Made by a program: the position numbers and the translations under genes. From Naegleria gruberi (lineage: Eukaryota): DNA of 1,016 bases. The stretch lies in NCBI GenBank assembly GCA_000004985.1, contig GG739616.1. The stretch is one strand, 5' to 3'. Positions within the stretch are counted from its first letter, which is position 1; every line of letters begins with the position of its first letter. The notes below the pieces were generated by a model. That model saw only the letters and a list, made by a program, of their open reading frames with translations, was not told where the DNA came from and ran no database searches. Shown here piece by piece: positions 1-1,016 of the stretch.

Positions 1-2
1 CA

Positions 3-143
3 TTCAAACCATATGATCCTAATCATATTCCATCAAAGAATTCAATTAATAAGAGAAATCATTTACCAGTAGTTCAACCAGTTCCTGTTTCCAACACTGT
101 AAAACTAATCTTCAAGCCAAAGAAGAACAATAATAATAAGTGA
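3..143 (+). CDS. Partial CDS (3' end of a gene that starts upstream of the window). Translation: FKPYDPNHIPSKNSINKRNHLPVVQPVPVSNTVKLIFKPKKNNNNK, then TGA at 141-143. Alternatively an exon ending at 139 with a GTGAGT donor at 140-145.
   Basis: Forty-six consecutive sense codons from the window edge in a stop-prone AT-rich sequence. Third positions are strongly A/T-biased and non-random (cca x6 for Pro, gtt/gta for Val, aag/aat), and the tail is Lys/Asn-rich. It ends at TGA 141-143. The context aag|GTGAGTAC is also a textbook 5' splice donor, so termination versus splicing cannot be decided from sequence. I recognise no protein family. Confidence 0.4.
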   Translation, partial: FKPYDPNHIPSKNSINKRNHLPVVQPVPVSNTVKLIFKPKKNNNNK

Positions 144-202
144 GTACTTTTCATCTCTTGATGACTACCGGGAATGAAATTTCCTAATTTGGAAGATGAC
201 TT

Positions 203-250
203 GCTTCAACAACAATAATAACAACATAACAAATACAAACAATAATAAAT
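203..250. repeat. Low-complexity (CAA/AAC/AAT)n-like tract: ttgcttcaacaacaataataacaacataacaaatacaaacaataataaa
   Basis: Imperfect trinucleotide-type simple sequence, read directly. It lies in the presumptive 3' UTR or intron after the 3..143 coding segment. Confidence 0.5.
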
Positions 251-274
251 TGGGTTTATTAATGTTTATTAAAT

Positions 275-292
275 AGTGACCGTTAGGTCACT
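275..292. repeat. Perfect inverted repeat / hairpin: AGTGACC-gtta-GGTCACT (7-bp stem, 4-nt loop)
   Basis: Read directly: 275-281 AGTGACC, 282-285 GTTA, 286-292 GGTCACT. It is GC-containing and embedded in AT-rich flanks. Confidence 0.7.
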
Positions 293-362
293 GATTGTTT
301 ATTGTTAATTAATTATTGATGATGAATAGATACCACTCTGATTGTAAAAATACTTAAAAACT

Positions 363-460
363 CAGAGTAATCACCGTGACGCCAAATTAACATATAATAA
401 TAACACATTATTAATGTACTACCGTGTCGCCAAATTCCTTGATAATTATTCATAACTGTA
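363..460. repeat. Two-unit tandem repeat with a period of 48 bp. Unit cores are accgtgacgccaaatt (373-388) and accgtgtcgccaaatt (421-436).
   Basis: Direct repeat 48 bp apart. It produces the duplicated IWRHG in the track ORF translation. The cores resemble the taccgggaatgaaatttcc core of repeats A and B (taccgtgtcgccaaattcc at 420-438, about 13 of 19 identical). Confidence 0.5.
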
Positions 461-517
461 ACTTCTTGATCTAAAGACACTCGAGCATTTGATTTCACAC
501 AAAACTCTCGTTCATAC

Positions 518-607
518 CATGGGCACCGGGAATGAAATTTCCAAATAAGGAATGACCGATATCATTCAACTATTACTAACTAACACACACTAACAAAACA
601 AATTGAA
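518..607. repeat. Copy B of a diverged direct repeat of about 90-100 bp, contiguous with the tRNA-like unit. On the minus strand it ends with the T-arm/acceptor-like motif GGAAATTTCATTCCCGGTGCCCA.
   Basis: An 18-nt identical core accgggaatgaaatttcc (525-542) is shared with copy A (167-184). The flanks align at roughly 65-70% with indels (…ggaa-gatgac…ttcaac…taac…aacaaa…aaattg…). Confidence 0.6.
595..598 (-). terminator. T4 run (minus strand TTTT) immediately 3' of the T-loop of the tRNA-like unit. It is a potential Pol III terminator that would give a transcript of about 60-65 nt.
   Basis: Minus strand reads ...GGGTTCAATTtgTTTTgtta. Four or more T residues terminate Pol III in many eukaryotes (established knowledge). 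Whether four suffice depends on species. Confidence 0.25.
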
Positions 608-651
608 CCCGGGTCGCCAGAGTGACAGTCTGGAATGCTACCACTATACCA
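601..651 (-). promoter_or_regulatory. Internal Pol III promoter elements of the tRNA-like unit: A box (641-651, TGGTATAGTGG) and B box (601-609, GGTTCAATT, 3' part of the consensus missing)
   Basis: Both match the consensus TRGCNNAGTGG / GGTTCGANTCC at the canonical positions of the tRNA-like sequence. The B box lacks the terminal CC. Confidence 0.35.
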
Positions 652-658
652 CACCCGA
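601..658 (-). pseudogene. tRNA-Asp(GUC)-derived sequence, 5' two-thirds intact (acceptor 5' strand to T-loop), 3' T-stem/acceptor missing or displaced. It is a tRNA pseudogene or the tRNA-related head of a repeat.
   Basis: Minus strand reads TCGGGTG-TG-GTAT-AGTGGTA-GCAT-T-CCAGA-CTGTCAC-TCTGG-CGAC-CCGGG-TTCAATT. The acceptor 5' strand is 7 nt and T8 is present. The D-arm carries an A-box-like TGGTATAGTGG, with one A:C mismatch in the D-stem. The anticodon stem is a perfect 5-bp helix (CCAGA/TCTGG) with a 7-nt loop CTGTCAC, T33, anticodon GTC and A37. The variable region is 4 nt, the T-stem is CCGGG and the T-loop TTCAATT is B-box-like. The next bases are tgttttg instead of CCCGG plus the acceptor 3' strand, so a cloverleaf cannot close. 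The overall primary sequence resembles eukaryotic nuclear tRNA-Asp genes (GTATAGTGGTA...CTGTCAC...GACCCGGGTTC). Confidence 0.55.
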
Positions 659-680
659 TTTCACATAAATTCATCTATCG

Positions 681-688
681 ATATATAT
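681..688. promoter_or_regulatory. TATA-like element (ATATATAT). It lies about -23 to -30 from the 5' end of the minus-strand tRNA-like unit and about 170 bp upstream of the + strand ATG at 856.
   Basis: cgATATATATca at 679-690. Upstream TATA-like elements at about -25 to -35 are typical of tRNA genes in plants, insects and fission yeast (established knowledge). Which transcription unit it serves cannot be decided from sequence. Confidence 0.3.
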
Positions 689-855
689 CATTTGAAAAAT
701 CAACACTGTCAAAGAAAAAGCTTATCGCAAAAAACTTCAATTGAAATTCCCATCCTAAACAAAGATACGTGTTATCCAATGTATAGTAGTGACTTGTAAT
801 TCTCACATCACACTCATCCTCTCATCGGTAGGGCAATAACAGCTATTTCACCACC

Positions 856-1016
856 ATGGAATCTTCACTGACTACCTTTCATTTAAAACTGCAAATATTA
901 CTTTTTTCGCTCCAATTTGTCCAACTTTACATTCTACTTACCACATTTTTCCCTTCTGTCAGCAATCGCAAGGTCAATATTTCGAGTTCATCTGTCGTTT
1001 CATTTTGCTTCAATAA
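856..1016 (+). CDS. Partial CDS (5' end of a gene that continues past the window). N-terminus: MESSLTTFHLKLQILLFSLQFVQLYILLTTFFPSVSNRKVNISSSSVVSFCFN... The hydrophobic segment (residues ~10-32) looks like a signal peptide or signal anchor.
   Basis: ATG at 856-858 sits in a strong initiation context (ttcaccaccATGg: purine at -3, G at +4). The frame is closed by an in-frame TAG at 829-831 just upstream. Fifty-three codons then stay open to the window edge. The N-terminal segment is hydrophobic (LKLQILLFSLQFVQLYILLTTFF). A TATA-like tract at 681-688 lies about 170 bp upstream. No homology is recognisable by eye. Confidence 0.4.
   Translation, partial: MESSLTTFHLKLQILLFSLQFVQLYILLTTFFPSVSNRKVNISSSSVVSFCFN

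Larger units (their letters stand above)
161..340. repeat. Copy A of the same repeat unit. It is more decayed and AT-enriched and includes a degenerate tRNA-like 5' part.
   Basis: 161-255 aligns with 518-607. On the minus strand 321-340 reads CAGAGTGGTATCTATTC, against the D-arm TATAGTGGTAGCATTC of copy B. The hairpin at 275-292 sits where copy B has the anticodon arm. ACCCAATTT (243-251, minus) parallels ACCCGGGTTCAATTT. Confidence 0.45.

Noticed and set aside
313-498. 61-aa minus-strand ORF from the six-frame track (MKSNARVSLDQEVTVMNNYQGIWRHGSTLIMCYYYMLIWRHGDYSEFLSIFTIRVVSIHHQ)
   Set aside because: It contains an internal 48-bp tandem repeat, has low-complexity composition, has no recognisable domain, and overlaps a tRNA-derived repeat cluster. 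Its length is consistent with chance. It is not called as a CDS.
538-600. Non-canonical tRNA intron between the T-loop and the 3' T-stem, giving a split but functional tRNA-Asp
   Set aside because: Eukaryotic nuclear tRNA introns are at 37/38. I could not find a bulge-helix-bulge. The would-be acceptor 3' strand TGCCCAT pairs at only 5 of 7 positions including two G:U pairs. A similar 3' module occurs at 161-184 without a tRNA body. A T4 terminator lies inside the putative intron. It is kept only as a low-probability alternative under the first finding.
160-660. LTR-retrotransposon solo LTR or primer-binding site next to the tRNA-like sequence
   Set aside because: No TG...CA terminal inverted dinucleotides bound the direct repeats. 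There is no polypurine tract or PBS complementary to a tRNA 3' end. The repeats are better explained as tRNA-derived units themselves.
1-1016. Prokaryotic-style content (operon, CRISPR array, defence system, IS element)
   Set aside because: There are no long ORFs, no Shine-Dalgarno-spaced starts, and no regular repeat-spacer architecture. The composition, splice-donor and Kozak-like signals, and a nuclear-type tRNA with upstream TATA point to eukaryotic nuclear DNA.
917-1016. Minus-strand open frame entering from the right edge (about 29 codons, ending in TAA at about 925-927)
   Set aside because: It is short, has no start context, and overlaps the better-supported + strand N-terminal ORF. 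It is consistent with chance.

Overview
This 1016-bp window is AT-rich (roughly 65% A+T by eye) and reads like eukaryotic nuclear DNA rather than a prokaryotic operon. I cannot assign an organism; codon usage (cca/gtt/aag/ttc/aat), a GTGAGT donor-like site and a caccATGG start context fit several AT-rich eukaryotes, including plant, nematode and yeast. I see three layers.

1. The + strand carries a partial C-terminal coding segment at the left edge (3..143) and a partial N-terminal coding segment at the right edge (856..1016). Neither is in the ORF track because each runs off the window.

2. The centre (about 160-660) is not convincingly coding. It holds a cluster of diverged direct repeats, and the best-preserved member, on the minus strand at 601-658, is a tRNA-Asp(GUC)-like sequence. 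It has a canonical 5' acceptor strand, D-arm with A box, anticodon arm CCAGA-CTGTCAC-TCTGG, variable region, T-stem 5' strand and T-loop with B box, and a TATA-like element about 25 bp upstream. Immediately after the T-loop it runs into TTTT instead of the 3' T-stem and acceptor strand. A T-arm/acceptor-like fragment (TTTCATT-CCCGG-TGCCCA) sits about 60 bp further on. A more decayed copy of the same unit lies at about 161-340.

3. The only track ORF (313..498, minus) overlaps a 48-bp tandem duplication and is probably spurious.

I found no CRISPR, rRNA, intact mobile element or recognisable enzyme gene. The most interesting item is the tRNA-derived repeat family, which includes a promoter-bearing, 3'-disrupted tRNA-Asp-like unit.
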